Origin: the human T2T-CHM13v2.0 reference genome, Homo sapiens
NCBI RefSeq assembly: GCF_009914755.1
Contig: NC_060932.1
Length of the DNA stretch: 64,000 bases
Strand: one strand, 5' to 3'
The notes under the pieces were generated by a model. It was given only the letters and a program-made list of their open reading frames with translations. It made no database searches and was not told the origin of the DNA. Below are positions 18,400-39,481 of this stretch, piece after piece. A program made the translations under genes and the position numbers. Position 1 is the first letter of the stretch, and the number at the start of each line of letters is the position of its first letter.

Positions 18400-18535
18400 T
18401 CAAATCCCAAATTGAAATTCCTCTGCTCTCATGTAATAGTAAATAGGGATCTCCCAGTGTCATTGTTTAATGAATGGTAGATTACTAGGCATCCTCTGGA
18501 AAAACTCTTGTTATATATTTAAGAAGGGAATTTTG

Positions 18536-18946
<411 letters not shown>

Positions 18947-19272
18947 TGTCTCTTGATTTTAAACATAGGAATAAATATATGCCTGTGGGTTATTATTTGT
19001 AAGATATTTTTGAATATGAGGAAAGTTACACATATATATCAATTAAGAGATAAATTCCTAAATGGGTCAGAATAAATCAAACAATGTCTAGCTGTACCAC
19101 TTCCTGTGTTTTGTTAAGTCATGAAAATTAGATTTCTGATTCATCTTTATTTAGCATTTCACTATGTATGTATTTGTTCCTAATATTCAAATCACTTGCT
19201 ACTTGAAATTGAATTTCTGAAGATAATACTACAATTTAAAAATATTTATTTTTGCCTATGTAAAATTAATAG

Positions 19273-19468
19273 GGAGACTCCATCTCTACAAAAAAAATAA
19301 AAATAAAAAGTTAGCTGGGTGTAGTGGCACATGCCTTATAGTTCTGGCTACTTTGGAGGCTGTGGTAGGAGGATCACTTGAGCCTGGGCGGTTGAGGCTG
19401 CAATGAGCCATGACCATGCCACTACACCCTTGAGACCCTGTCTCAAAACAAAAACAAGAACAAAACAC
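19273..19468 (+). mobile_element. truncated Alu (AluJ-like)
   Basis: Middle linker plus right arm with (CAAAA)n tail. Confidence 0.8.
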
Positions 19469-19566
19469 CTATAATGTTGCTACTCAGAAATAACTGTTAA
19501 CATTTTACTGTTTTCTTCTGTTCTTTAGCTTTTCTTTAATGCACACGCAACTGCACTTACTAAATA

Positions 19567-19784
19567 CAGGTTGAGTATCCCTTATCTGAAATACTTGGAA
19601 CCAGAAGTGATTTGGATTTCAAATTTTTTCAAATTTTGGAATATTTGAGTTATACTTATCAGTTAACCATCCCAAATCTGAAAATCTGAAATCTGAAACG
19701 CCCCAGTGAGCATTTCCTTTGAGCACTCAAAAAGTTATTGGTTTTGGAGCATTTCAGATTTTCAGATTTGTGATATTCAACCTG
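19567..19784 (+). mobile_element. Tigger4a/MER46-like TcMar MITE
   Basis: TA-caggttgagtatc ... gatattcaacctg-TA: terminal inverted repeats with a TA TSD. Confidence 0.85.
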
Positions 19785-20089
19785 TATAGTTTTAGATATT
19801 TGCTTAATCAAAGGATATTGAGATAGGTTTTTTTTCTGTAATTAAGGTTACACTGTTGAAACAACAGCCAATGAGAGTTTGTACATGGAAATATCTTTCA
19901 TAAGTTTTTAGTGATTTTTTAAAAAATGGCTTATTTTGGAGGCTGAGTTTGGGTTGCAATGTTAGCTCATTTTGAAACTCTTGAATACCCATTATTTGCA
20001 TGTTCAGCATGTCTTTGAGGAGTGTGTAAATCCAACTGTACCCACCAGGATGCCTGGGTTATGCTCGGGTAAAAATGACATGACTGTAG

Positions 20090-20180
20090 TGTCTGTCTGT
20101 CTCTGTCTCTGTGTCTTTCTTTCCCTCTCTCTTTCTCTCTCTCTCTCACACACACACACACCCCACATACACCACATACA
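20090..20180. repeat. compound (TCTG)/(CT)n/(CA)n microsatellite
   Basis: Read directly from the sequence. Confidence 0.85.
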
Positions 20181-20882
20181 TTTGAGACTTCTTTCTGTCT
20201 TTTGCTTAAAATATTTCATAGGCTAGATTTACCTTCTAAAGACGTCTTTTGTGAAACTCTTCATAGAGGAAGGGGTGTAGGGAATGTCATCTAAAAACTC
20301 AGCACTGTGGAGATCCACACCGGTAGTGTGTGTTCATGATGTTTTCATGATTTTAATAGCTGGTGATTAATTAAATTGTTAATATTTGAGTATCTGTAAG
20401 CATAAAAATAAAATAGGAAAACTTGTTTGGGGTACCTCCATCCATGATTACTTTCATTCTCTCTTCTGTGAAACATTCCATCTTTGGATTTTTTGTAGAA
20501 GAGTTTCCTTAACTTGTAGTTCAGTTTTTATCATTCATCTCCCTAATTTCTTTTGTATTTCTTTTCACCCTTTTTTCATTGTTCTTATTTCATCACTTTC
20601 TATGTCTCTCTCTTTTTATGTACCTCCTTCTAATTCTGCCTCCTGTGGTGAGGGGCAAAGAAAAAAATAGGAAAATAGTTATTGGTTGGATTCTTTGAAA
20701 CTACAGAAATCAGGTTGAACCTGGTCTGGATTTCCCTAAGTTCAAAAACACAAATTATTTTTCTGTCCTTTTAGAATAAAAGAAAAGAAAAAAATCTCTA
20801 GGCATTTTAATTGTCAACTTCAATGTGTCCTTTATGACTAGTTTATATTTTAAACTTTTTATTATAGAAATTGTCAAACACA

Positions 20883-21252
20883 GGCCAGGAACAGTGGCTC
20901 ACAACTAGTATCCCAGCACTTTGCAAGACTGAGGCAGGAGGATTGCTTGAGCTCAGGAGTTCAAGACCAGCCCGGGCAATGACATAATGAGACTGTCTCT
21001 ACAAAAAATAAGACAACTTGCTAGGTGTGGTGGTGTGTGCCTGTGGTCCCAGCTACTCAGGGGGCTGAGGGGAGGATCACTTGAGCCCAGGAGGTCAGCA
21101 CTGCATTCCAGCCTGGGTGATAGAGCAAGACACTATCTTAAGGGAAAAAAGAAAGAAAGAGAGAGGGAGAAGGGGATGGGGAGGGAAGGGGAGGGGGCGA
21201 AGGAAGGAAGGAAGGCAGGTAGGAAGGAAGAAGGAGGAAGGAAGGAAGGAAG
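20883..21252 (+). mobile_element. Alu (AluJ-like, internal deletion) with a GA-rich/(GGAA)n tail
   Basis: Alu body to ~21140, then ~110 nt of almost pure purine. Confidence 0.85.
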
Positions 21253-21254
21253 GT

Positions 21255-22378
<1,124 letters not shown>

Positions 22379-22850
22379 TGAAAGCAAAATTCATCTGCTT
22401 TCTTAGAAATTTATTGTCAATCTATTCATGTAGAGAAAACACCAAGATCATATCTTCTCCTAAGATAATAAATGAGTAATATGTATTTGGAACTGTAACA
22501 GCACGTTCTAGCCTTAGCACTTGCCATACATGATCTCCTTTAAAACTCACAGCAAATCTGTAAGGTCATTGTTAAAATTATCCTCATTTTATAGGCAGGA
22601 AAATGAGACGCAGATGTTGAGTATTTTATCCTAGGTCACACGATACTAGGTATTTTATTGGGACTAAAAAAGACGATTAGTTTGTGACATTTTATTGGTA
22701 TAATTTATGTTATACTTTGGATGATCATAAATTCAAAAGTATGTCTTATGATGGATTTTCTTTAAAATAAGATTGTATTTGGCTTTGATGTGTGCATAAC
22801 TAGAAGACTTATAAAATTAGTTCATATAATGTTATTTTTAAAAATTTTAG

Positions 22851-22923
22851 TTAAAAAAACAGTTTCCTGCTATGGCCCTGAAGATTCCTGCCAAGAGAAT
22901 ATTTGGTGATAATTTTGATCCAG
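22851..22923 (+). CDS. SGK3: SGK3 coding exon 3 (aa 61-85, PX domain)
   Basis: ttttag|TTA; [24 protein letters not shown]+G; CAG|gtaaga; 73 nt. Confidence 0.97.
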
Positions 22924-23054
22924 GTAAGAAACAACTTCATAGGCCAGCTATGAAGTGATTGTTGAAGTTTGAAGAAGTAAATTAATGTATTCATTGCACT
23001 GTATAGCAGTGCAGGACTTTAAAAGATCTTATGCTCTGTGAAAATAATGCCGCA

Positions 23055-23260
23055 GGAAGGTGCTTACTGTCTACTAGGCATTGTTTTAAGTACTTCATGT
23101 GTTTTAATTCATTCGATCCTGACAACTTCGTGAGGTGGGTATTGTTGTTATCACTATTTTTATAGATAAGGAAATAAAACACAGGTTCATTAATTTGCCC
23201 AGGACCACATACAGATAGTAAAGGGCAGATGTGGAAGTTAAATTCAAGCAGTCTGACTTC
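23055..23260 (-). mobile_element. MIR
   Basis: tattttatagataaggaaataaaacacagg...aatttgcccaggaccaca. Confidence 0.7.
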
Positions 23261-23282
23261 TATATAAATTTATCTGTCAATG

Positions 23283-23558
23283 GGCTGGGCACAGTGGCTC
23301 ACACCTGTAATCGAAACACTTTGGGAGGCCAAGGCAGGAGGATCACTTCAGGCCAGGAGTTTTGAGACCAGCCTGGGCAACCTCATCTCTACAAAAATTT
23401 AAAGATTAGCTGGGCATGGTGGCGTGCACCTGTAGTCCCAGCTACTCAGGAGGCTGAGGCGAGAGGATAGCTTGAGGTCAGTAGTTCAAGGCTGCAGTGA
23501 GCTGTCATCATGCCATTGCACTCCAGGCTGGGTGACAGAGCGAGACCCTATTAAAAAA
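23283..23558 (+). mobile_element. Alu (AluJ-like)
   Basis: Sense dimer. Confidence 0.88.
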
Positions 23559-23714
23559 TTTTTTAATTGATCCTTCAGGTTAATTTGGGAAACTTTACAG
23601 ACTTTAAATCAGTATCATGAAGAATATTCACTTTTGTATTCAGAAACATTAAATATATACTGTGTACATAGTAACTTGTAGGCCTCTGAATGGGATACCA
23701 AAAAGATATCCTAA

Positions 23715-24013
<299 letters not shown>

Positions 24014-25009
24014 GAGAGAGGGACATCCTATTGCTTACCCTTGGGGAACCCATGGACACAGAGGGTCTCAGCATCTAGCACCTCTATGACTAAAGCTGCA
24101 GGCATGGAATTTTCCCCTAGAACCCAAGAGATTAATCCAGGTCACAGATGGCTACTTACAGGGAAACAAAAGTCTTCTTATCCACCAGAAATTCTATCAG
24201 AAAAGTCATCTATCTCTGCCACAGATGAATCCTGAATGGATTGCCCTCCTTCCCCAACTAATTTGCTTGTAACCTTGTAACTGGTTAAACTGATAATACC
24301 TCACATGTCTGTGTAAGAAAAGAAAGAGAGAGATCTTGGTCACTACTCAAGATAAAAGCTCTAAGGTCCCTTATATTGAGTGTGCTTTCTCTCTCCATCC
24401 TAACTTTATACCATTCGTTTTCCTCCCAGACCATATCACTGTGTCCTATATAATTCTGCCCACCATTAACGGACTGCTCTTTATCCTGCACCTTTTTCAT
24501 ATTTCTTCTACATTCTTCCTTTAATTAAAACATTTTTTCCCCAGAGGCTGCTTTGCCTATAGCCCTCTCAACTGGAGGCTTATTATTCTTTACACTTTAT
24601 GAACCTCTGGTTTGGAGAATGTTCTTACTTCCCTGGTTACATACAGAGTTTTTTTTTTCTCTCTTTCTTTCTTTTTTTTCCCCCCTTGGGAGTATATAGC
24701 ACATTTCATTGTAATTGCTAATCTGTCTTACAGTAGGCTGTAGATTTTCTGAAGGTGCAGACTTATGTCTTTTTTTATTGGCGAACAGTGGCAATATACT
24801 GGTTTTAAGGTATTATTTTATTACTTTAAAACTGGCAAATACTAGGTTTTAAAGTATTACTAAATATATGAACCCATTAATAAAGAGAAGCAAGAGAAAA
24901 TTGAGTTGGCACAACAAAGCCAGATTATATTCTGTAGACCTGTGGCTTTTGTACTCCTGCTTTGTTTTCGCAGCGGAACACTTTTTTCCCAATTGAAATC
25001 TTACAGAGA

Positions 25010-25312
25010 GCAGATATGGTAGCTACGCCTGTAATCCCAGCACTTTGGGAGGCTGAGGTGGGCGGATCACTTGAGGCCAGGAGTTCAAGACCAGCCTGGC
25101 CAAAATGGTGAAACCCCGTCTTTACTAAAAATAGAAAAATTAGCCAGGCATAATGGTGCATGCCTGTAGTCCCAGCTACTCGGGAGGCTGGAGCAAGAGA
25201 ATCACTTGAATCCAGGAGTCGGAGGTTGCAGGTGAGCCAAGATCGCACCATTGCACTCCAGCCTGGGCAACAGAGCAAGACTCTGTCTCGAAAAAAAAAA
25301 AAAAAAAGAAAA
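25010..25312 (+). mobile_element. Alu (AluS-like)
   Basis: Sense dimer with A tail. Confidence 0.9.
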
Positions 25313-26094
25313 CACAAAAGAAATCTTATGGAAATGTAATATGTGAAAAAAATTTAAATGGAGCTGCTTTATTGGTATAACAGTGAAGTATCTCCTTGGA
25401 GCACAGGTTGAAAAGCATCTTCATGGGTAGCGTGTGGGCCTTAGTGGCATTTGAGCAAGATGTGAAACTGACAGTGTGTAATTTATGGTGGGCACAGCAG
25501 AGGAGAGACTGGGAGACTTGTTAAGGGAATAGTCCAATAGCCCTGGCATTAGATAATGAGTATGGGGACTAGGGTAGAAATAGGGTTTAAAAATGAGCAA
25601 TGTACAAGAACTCCTTTAATGAAAAATCTGGAATACATCTTGATGATTGCTTAGGTAACACATATAGAGAAGAGGAGAGATAATTGGAGGGTCTGCCCTG
25701 GGTGACTGAGACAATTAACTAATTAGAAGTGGCAGAAAAATATTAAGAAATCAAACTACTAGTGATAATATGAGACTTGAACTTGGGTTGGAGTTCTGTA
25801 GAGCCCTTAACTGAATCCTTAAGACAATCATTTCATCAAGGAAAGAAAGCAAAGAAGTAAAAGACTGGCAACATTGCTGCTTCATTGTTAAAGGCAAGAT
25901 ACCAGGCTGAATGCTCTTTGGTACTTTGTTTTGATGAATTAATTGACACTAAAAACTGATTTTTTTGAAGAGCTGTTTGTCTATCCTGCGTATATTTAAT
26001 ATGACTTGGCAACAGTGAAAAGGATCATATGTCACAGAGATATTAGAAAGTCCTGCATTGGGGAAATCAGATCTAAGTCAAATTCAGAAAAACA

Positions 26095-28290
<2,196 letters not shown>

Positions 28291-28292
28291 CT

Positions 28293-28617
28293 AGGGCAGA
28301 AGGATCTGCTTCTAAGATGGCTCACTCATATGGTTTTTGGTAGAAAGCCTCAGCTCCTTGTGAGTGGGCCTCTTCTTAAGGGGCTTTGCGTGTCCTTACA
28401 CCAAGGCAGCTGGCTTCCCCAGAGTGAGGGATCCAAGAGCGCTAGCAAGGAGGAAGCCTCGGTGCCTTCTATGACTTAGTCTTGGAAGCCACATGCCATT
28501 ACATCCACCATATTCCGCTCATTAGAAGGTAGTCATTAAGTCCAACCCCCGTTCAAGAGAGAAGAAGAACTAAGTTCTACCTGTTGATTGGAGGGAAATA
28601 AAAGAATTTATAGACAT
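28293..28617 (-). mobile_element. MLT1-type (MaLR) LTR fragment
   Basis: ggatctgcttctaagatggctcactcatatgg...ggcagctggcttccccagagtgagggatccaagag. Confidence 0.75.
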
Positions 28618-28821
28618 TATGAGATAGTGATTTCATGGCTTTACTGTTTTTTTAAAGATACTGCCATTTAGAAATACACACTGATTTATTCCCCCCACAC
28701 CAAAAAAAACAAAACAAAAATCTGCCTGAGAATTGCTTTAAAATATTCCAGAAAAAAAAAAAATAAAAGGTGAGGAATGAGGATAAATGAAATTGGAATA
28801 GCAGAATGTTGATAAATTTTA

Positions 28822-29201
<380 letters not shown>

Positions 29202-29494
29202 ATCATACCTGAGAAAAACATTCTGAAATTCCCTTTTTAACTTATCTCATGGTTGGTAGCCATTCTATGGGGTTTTTGCTTATCTTTTTGAGTTCTTATA
29301 CTGCAGTTTAAGCCTATGTCTTCTTTTTCTTTTGTCTACTTTATTCTAGTGTTTGCCAATCTCTATAAGATACATCTTACATACTTGAAGGCTGATTTTA
29401 AGAATGATCTCTGCCTGTACTTTTTGTTAACATTTTATTATGAATTTAACGACTTTTTAATAGGATGCACCCAGAGGAAACCATACTTTTAACT

Positions 29495-29793
29495 TTATTT
29501 ATATATATGTTTTTGAGTCAGTGTCTCTGTTGCCCAGGCTGGAGTACAGTGGTGCGATCTCAGCTCACTGCAACCTCTGCCTCCCAACTCAGGTGATCCT
29601 CCCACCTCAGCCTGCTGAGTAGCTAGGACTACAGATGTATGTCGCCACAGCTAGCTAATTTTTAAAATTTTTTTGTAGAGACATGCTCTCACTATGTTGT
29701 CCAGGCTAGTCTCAAACTCCTGGCCTCAAGTGATTCTTTTACCTAGGCCTCCCAAAACTGTGGGATTACAGACGTGAGCCACTGCACCCAGCC
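29495..29793 (-). mobile_element. Alu (AluJ-like)
   Basis: Antisense dimer. Confidence 0.88.
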
Positions 29794-30752
29794 TTTTTAA
29801 AATTTCTAATTGAAATTTCCTTTGAATTCCAGCAGATACATTCATGTAACTTCTTCATTGGAGAGATTTTTAAAAATACATATTTCTAACTATAGTTCTT
29901 AATATATAGGCCTTATATAAATTCTTGGCACTTATCCTATACATTATAGTCTTACCTGGAATTTTTTCAGATATTTGCAAACTTAGTGTTGATCTAAAAA
30001 AGTAAGTTTGGAATTGCCCCTGAATTCTGACTGCTACTGGACTTCTTCTTATATAGGGCTTTACATAGTGATTTTGAAACTGTTTAGTCAGTAATGAAAT
30101 GGCAAGCCTAGAAACACTTAGAGCAGCATGGGCTATAGCTCACTGAAGAAAGGAAATTCCTCTCTTCACACTGGCCTTCAAAAGTAAAATATATCTTCAG
30201 TAAGCATCCACAGAACAATTTAAAGCTGTTTCCATGTAGTTATTAGGTTTTCTTTGAATATCCTAAATGTAGTCATTCATTTTAGTTCTTCATATGTTAC
30301 TAAATTCAGTTCTCGAGAAATAACTGTGTTTCAATTACAGTTTTTAATGTAAACTTCACATGTGCTTTGCTACCTAGTGACATTATAAATGTCCTTGGAA
30401 GAGTTTAATGAGATACCTACCTGAAATTCTTCAAGGAATTCTTAGACGAACAAGAAAAAAGTACCAAGTACATGCTTCTGGCTCCAAAAGACCAGACCTG
30501 ATTTTATATTTGTTTATATTTGTATGAAGCCATACCTTACATTTAAGAAATGGAAATAAACCTGGAAATAACCCATAATTTTGGTGACAAACACTATACA
30601 TTATACCTTTATTCAGTAGAAATAAGTTTACTAAACCAAAACTCATTGTCAAGTGGAATATTTTTTATGGGTTTTTATCCAGACATTTGCCGTTAGGAGA
30701 CAGTTTCTCAAATCAAATGTGTTAAGTTTTTAGAGTATATTTCTTAAGAATT

Positions 30753-31049
30753 GGCTGGGTGCGGTGGGTCACGCCTGTAATCCCAGCACTTTGGGAGGCC
30801 GAGGCAGGCAGATCACAAGGTCAGGAGTTCAAGACCAGCCTGGCTAACATGATGAAACCCCGTCTCTACTAAAAATACAAAAATTAGCCAGGTGTGGTGG
30901 TGCGTGCCTGTAATCCCAGCTACTCGGGAGGCTGAGGCAGGAGAATCGCTTGAAACTCAGGAGGTGAAGTTTGCAGTGAGCTGAGATCGCGCCACTGCAC
31001 TCCAGCCTGGGTGACAGAGCAAGACTTTGTCTCAAAGAAAAAAAAAAAA
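30753..31049 (+). mobile_element. Alu (AluS-like)
   Basis: Sense dimer. Confidence 0.9.
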
Positions 31050-31434
31050 GAGGGTTTAGGATAATGGCTTTTAGACCGCCCCAACCACTAATAATAACAA
31101 CAACAACAAAAGTAATAGTATCTAATGATTATTAGCTATAAATAATACTCTTAACATCTGCCAAACATGCTACTATAAACTTAGATGCATTATCTCATTT
31201 AATCCTATAACAGCATTATGAGGTATAAATATTGTTACTATCCACATTTTACAAGTAAAAATATGAGTCTTGGAAAAGTTCAAGGTTAGGAAGTAGGAAA
31301 GACAAAGATATTTGAATAAAGTTTTCTAATTCCAAGAAAAGTGTGTATTTCAAAGAAAAGAAAGGTTTGTGCTTAATATTTATTCCTAAATTGCTATTGC
31401 ATGAGCTTCAATTATCAACAAACAAAACACTTCA

Positions 31435-31771
<337 letters not shown>

Positions 31772-32328
31772 TTACTTGTTAGGAAAGTATGCCTGTGCAT
31801 TTTTTTAAGGTTTTTTGTTTGTTTGTTTTTCACAGTGGAAGTTAAACTAGAGTTTTGGCGATATTCAGTTAACCAATTAATCATTATTGCCCAGTTGCAA
31901 AGGATTTCCAGAAATCCTTATTTTTTTAAATTACCGTGATTTTCAGTCATCAGTGTCATAGTGTTAATTTTTATTCATTGTTTGGTAGTACGTGAGGAGT
32001 TGGACAAAGCAATGTGCTTCTCCAATTTTTGTAATTAGTCTATTTAGAGTCCATAATAGGCAGTTTTGAGAACTTTCTTTTTGGAGATAAATTGTCTGCT
32101 TAATTTTAATATATAACTACATATATGTAATATATAATTATATATTATAAATACAATGATTCATATATATAATTTCTAAGTATGTATTCCTTGTGTGACA
32201 AGTAGCATGAATTTAAAAATAGCTTCTTAATCAAAATTCACTATCTTGTGCTTGTCTATTATATAACTGTTGATGATAATTGCATAGTCTGACATAAATA
32301 ATCCTAATAGTTTATATCTCTCTTCCAG

Positions 32329-32404
32329 ATTTTATTAAACAAAGACGAGCAGGACTAAACGAATTCATTCAGAACCTAGTTAGGTATCCAGAACTTTATA
32401 ACCA
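32329..32404 (+). CDS. SGK3: SGK3 coding exon 4 (aa 85-110, PX domain including R90)
   Basis: tcttccag|AT; (D)[24 protein letters not shown](H); CCA|gtaagt; 76 nt. Confidence 0.97.
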
Positions 32405-32699
32405 GTAAGTAATTTTTGTTGCGTTCTAAAGGGACATTAAAACTAAACCTAAGAATACTGAATAATCCTTATATAAATTTTGTTTGTTCTATGAAATGTT
32501 ACTGTGCTATATATGTTTGTAAAATCTTCTTTGAGCATTTTCTCCCTGATACTCTTTCTCCCCTTTTCTCTTCATCTTAGTTATTTTCTTTTTTCCTTTT
32601 GTACTTGCATTAGTTTTATAGATTATACTTGAAATGAATTTGCATAATAAATTAAAGCATCTTGCTAATTATTTGATATTATATTTTATCTATACCTTC

Positions 32700-33070
32700 A
32701 AAAAGCATTTAAGTACCTGCTACTTGCATTGGGAATATAAAGCTAAGTGTCGTCCCTACCGTCCAGAGGCACAGGCTCCCAGTGTAGTGGGCAAAACAGG
32801 CATATATTAATAAACAAGTAATTGAAGCTGGATAATTTTTATGATAGAGGTGCTAGAAGATAGCAGAGAAAGGTGTAGGCATATCTTCTTGAGGAGGTAA
32901 GGAAGGCTTCCTGCAACTTAAAGGGTGTGTAATCATTCGAGAAAAAAAGAAGGCTTTCCAGGCGTAACAGGATACAGAAAGCCTGAACCGTCAGGACACT
33001 TAACATTTCATGGTGACTGGAGCTGAGTAGATTTTTGGAAAGAAGACGAGATTGAAGGAGTTGTCTGGGG
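32700..33070 (-). mobile_element. L2 fragment
   Basis: aagcatttaagtacctgctac...ggaaggcttcctg...tggtgactggagctgag. Confidence 0.55.
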
Positions 33071-34392
33071 TTGGGTGCACATGCCACCATTTCTGCTTCA
33101 CTTGGGACAGTGTTCTGTTGACCCACATGAGGCCTCCAGTCTTTCTCAACACAATAGTCCAGCAGCCATTAAGATAAAGGCGCTTTCCCAGCCCTGTGGG
33201 TGTCTCATGCGGACAGGTTTAAACTTCTTTCTGTAGGCCAGTAGCTCCCAGCTAGGAAGATAGAGGGTTGTATCAGAAATACCTACAAAAACATTGGTAG
33301 ATATATGGTTTGGCTTGTGTTTTCATTTTTGAGTCTGGTAGTTGGTTTATGAGTATTCATTACATTTATTGTGGTTTGTAATTTATGTTATAGTACTTGT
33401 ATGTATAAAGTATTCTAAGAGGAAATGAAGAGGATAAAATATTTGGAGAGCTTTTCTGCAGCTCACCTATCTCTGTAAACTAAAGGTTGCCTATGGGCAA
33501 TGGTGTAAATATGACACACTTTAACAGTCTTTTCGGAACCACAACATTGAAGAACTGTATTTTTGAGTAATTGTTCTAAAAATGATGATTACCATTTATA
33601 TGGTTCTTTATAGCTCACAGAGGCCTTCTACTATTCTGAACAGGCCCTCTGATCTGCTTTTTAAATTTACTTAATTGAATTTACTAAATTACTAAAATGC
33701 TAAAACTGGATCTCCTCTGACAAGGTCTTCTGGTCAGAGATATGGATTTCCCCTGATGCTCCCAGGTAAGGCAAGGGTCAGGCAGGTCTCACAGCTGTGG
33801 TCACACCAGCATTAGACAGTGCAGTAAGAACAGGTATCCTCTGCCACCTCTGGCAGGTGGCAGAAGGGCATGAAATTTGGTAGGATACTTGAACTCACAG
33901 TTCCCTTGTCTAGTCTCTTCCTCAGTAAAAAGTCTTACTATTTGGCTCTTTGTTTTTATTTTCTTAAACATTATGCCTTTTCCTGGGGATATACGCTATG
34001 CTATCTTCACCTTAGACCCACCCTTCTATCTCTAATTGTTGCTGTATACATTGGAGATTACTTTGAATTGGCATATTACTGGCTTGTGTGAAATGTAATT
34101 CATGCATTCAAAGCTTGAATTTGTCTCTTCCTTTGACGAGCGGGCATGGAATAAGTATGCAATAAATGGTAGTGGTTGTTACTTCTCCTAGTATTTTAAG
34201 TTACTCAGAACCCCTAACACTATATAATATATAAAGTATTCATTCTGGATCTTGATGTGCAGTATTATAAAGATGTTATATTTGGCATTAAAATTAAACT
34301 AAAAGCAATTGGATTATTTTAAATTGCCAGTTTCCAAAATCTTATACTGTGAAATACACAGTTCTTGAGTGTACAATTCAATGGATTTTTAA

Positions 34393-36624
<2,232 letters not shown>

Positions 36625-38256
36625 ACTTTTGAACCCCCAAATCATAAGTAAGTAAAATTGAAAACCAAAAATATAGAAAAAGCTTTCCATGATAAAGGAC
36701 GATAGATAAATACATTTAACATAGAAGGAACCCATGCAAACACTTGACACACCAAAACAAAACAAAACAGAACAAAACACATTGAATGGTTCACAAAGAA
36801 GGACACAGAAATGGCTTACTGTCAGAGAAACTAAACATTTCCTTGTGTATTTAAGAAATGAAATGGAAGCAGAAATACCTTATTTTAATTTTATTGCATC
36901 ATAACAAAGAGAAAAGTGCCCAGATCAGGACTGTACAGCTCAATAAATTATGAGAAATAAATGTAACTGAATTATATCATCCCCTTAGGCCAAAAAAGAA
37001 AATATTATGAACACCCCTGAGATCTCTTACACATCCTCTTTCAATCTCTGTTTCTTTCTTCCTTCCCAAAGGTAACTACCAGCCTGACTTTTAACAAAAC
37101 AGATTAGTGTGTGCCCTGTTTTTGAACTTTATATAAATGGAATCATACAATATGTGTTATCTGTCTGGCTTATTTCCCAGCAATGTGAGAGTCATCCATG
37201 TTGTCTCATTAACTATAGTTTGCTCATTTCCATTGCTGTATAATGTTCCATTGTATGAGTATACCACAGTTGATGCATTCTACTGTTGATGGGCATTTCA
37301 GATACTAATATTTCTATTTTCTGACTATTATAAATAATATTGCCATTAGCATACCTTTTGGTGCACATGTGCCAACATTTCTGATATATCTTGGAGTAGA
37401 ACTTGTGGGTTGTAGAGTATATGTATGTGTTTAACTTTAGTGGATAATGCAAAATAGTTGTGCAAAGTGATTTACCAGTTGTACACTTTCCATCAGCATG
37501 TGAAATCACGTTGCTTACCTCATTAACACTTAGTATTGTTAGTCTTCCATTTTAGCCATTCTGGTGAGTGGGTAATGGTATCTTACTGTTGCTTTAATTT
37601 TGCATTTCACTTATTACTGTAAGCAATACTGAGTACTTCCTCTTTAAAATACAGTTTTTCACATCAAATTATCCAAGATGTTAATATAAAATGTAACATT
37701 TAATGCTAACCAAGCCTGAGAGTCTTCAGGATGTTCATATACTGCTAGAAGAGTATAAATTGGTACAGCTGCTCTGGAAATCAGTCTTACAAACTGTATT
37801 TGTTTAATACTGTAAAATGGTTTATAATTCAGACGAGTAATTTTATTTTTAAAAATCTGTTCTGAAAGTTGTAGAGTTCTAATACTATGCACAAAGATTG
37901 TCAACTGCAGCATTGTTTATGGTAATGAAAAGTTGGAAGTCATACCCTCAAGTGGAAGAATCATTGAGTAATTTTTAGTACATTCATGTTATATATCATG
38001 TATCTATCAAAAGTGATTGTTTACAAAGTTTTTAACAAGATGGGGAAATGTTTATTATGTAATTTTAAAGTGAAAATTTAAATATATTGTGATCTTAAAT
38101 GTGCAGAGAAAAAGACTGAAATAAAATATGCCAAAATGTTAACAGTGGTTGCTTCCATGTGGTAAGATTGAAAATCCCCACCCCTACATTTTATAAACCT
38201 TTTTTATTAAGTTAAAAATTCACCATTTTAATTATTCTAAAGCATACAATTCAGTA

Positions 38257-38591
<335 letters not shown>

Positions 38592-39152
38592 CAGTAGTTT
38601 TTAGTGTATTCACGATGCTTTACAACCATCATCACTAATTCTATCACCCCAAAGCTAATCTAACATTTTCATCACCTTAAAAAGAAACTTTACCTCCAAA
38701 TTATCTCCTCCCCCAGCCCTTGGCAACCACTATTCTACTTTCTGTCTGTACAGATTTGCCTATTAAAATGAAATTATATACTAGGTGACTTTTTTTTTGC
38801 CTTTGTTCATTTAGCATAATATTTATGAGCTTCATTCACGTTATAGCATGTGTTAGTGCTCTTCGTTCCTTTTTATGGCTAATATCACATTGTATGGATA
38901 ACACCACATTTTGTTTATCCATTCATCTATTGGTGGACATTTGGGATATTTCCACTTTTTGGCTATTATGAATAATGCTGCTATGAGAAATCATGAATGA
39001 GTTTTTATGTGAACATATGTTTTTATTTCTCTTGGGTCTTTGCCTAGGTTTGGAATTGCAGGGTCATAAGGTAACTCTGTGTTTAACTTTTCAAGGAACT
39101 GCCAAACTGTTTTCCACAGTGGCTGTACCATTTTACATTTACACCAGTCCAA

Positions 39153-39481
39153 TTCTTTTTATTTTTATTTTTTTCCTATTTTGTTTATTTATTTTTAGAG
39201 ACAAGTTGTTGCTTTGTCACCCATGCTAGAATGCAGGGGTGCAATCTTGGTTCACTGCAGCCTCAGCCTCCTGGGCTCTAGTGATTCCCCTGCCTCAGCG
39301 TTCTGAGTAGCTAGGATGACAGGTGCACACCATCATGCCTGGGGTTTTTTATTTTATTTTTTGTGGAGACAGAGTCTTGCTATGTTGCCCAGGCTGGTAT
39401 CTAACTCCTGGCCTCAAATTATCCTTCCGCTTCAGCCTCACAGAGCATTGGGATTACAGGCATGAGCCACCACTCCTGGCT
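39153..39481 (-). mobile_element. Alu (AluJ-like)
   Basis: Antisense dimer. Confidence 0.88.

Noticed and set aside
33106-33840. Steroid-response-element-like half sites (gggaca-g-tgttct; agaaca-gg-tatcct)
   Set aside because: The spacers are 1 and 2 nt rather than 3. I did not spot a canonical ERE or ARE/GRE palindrome by eye.
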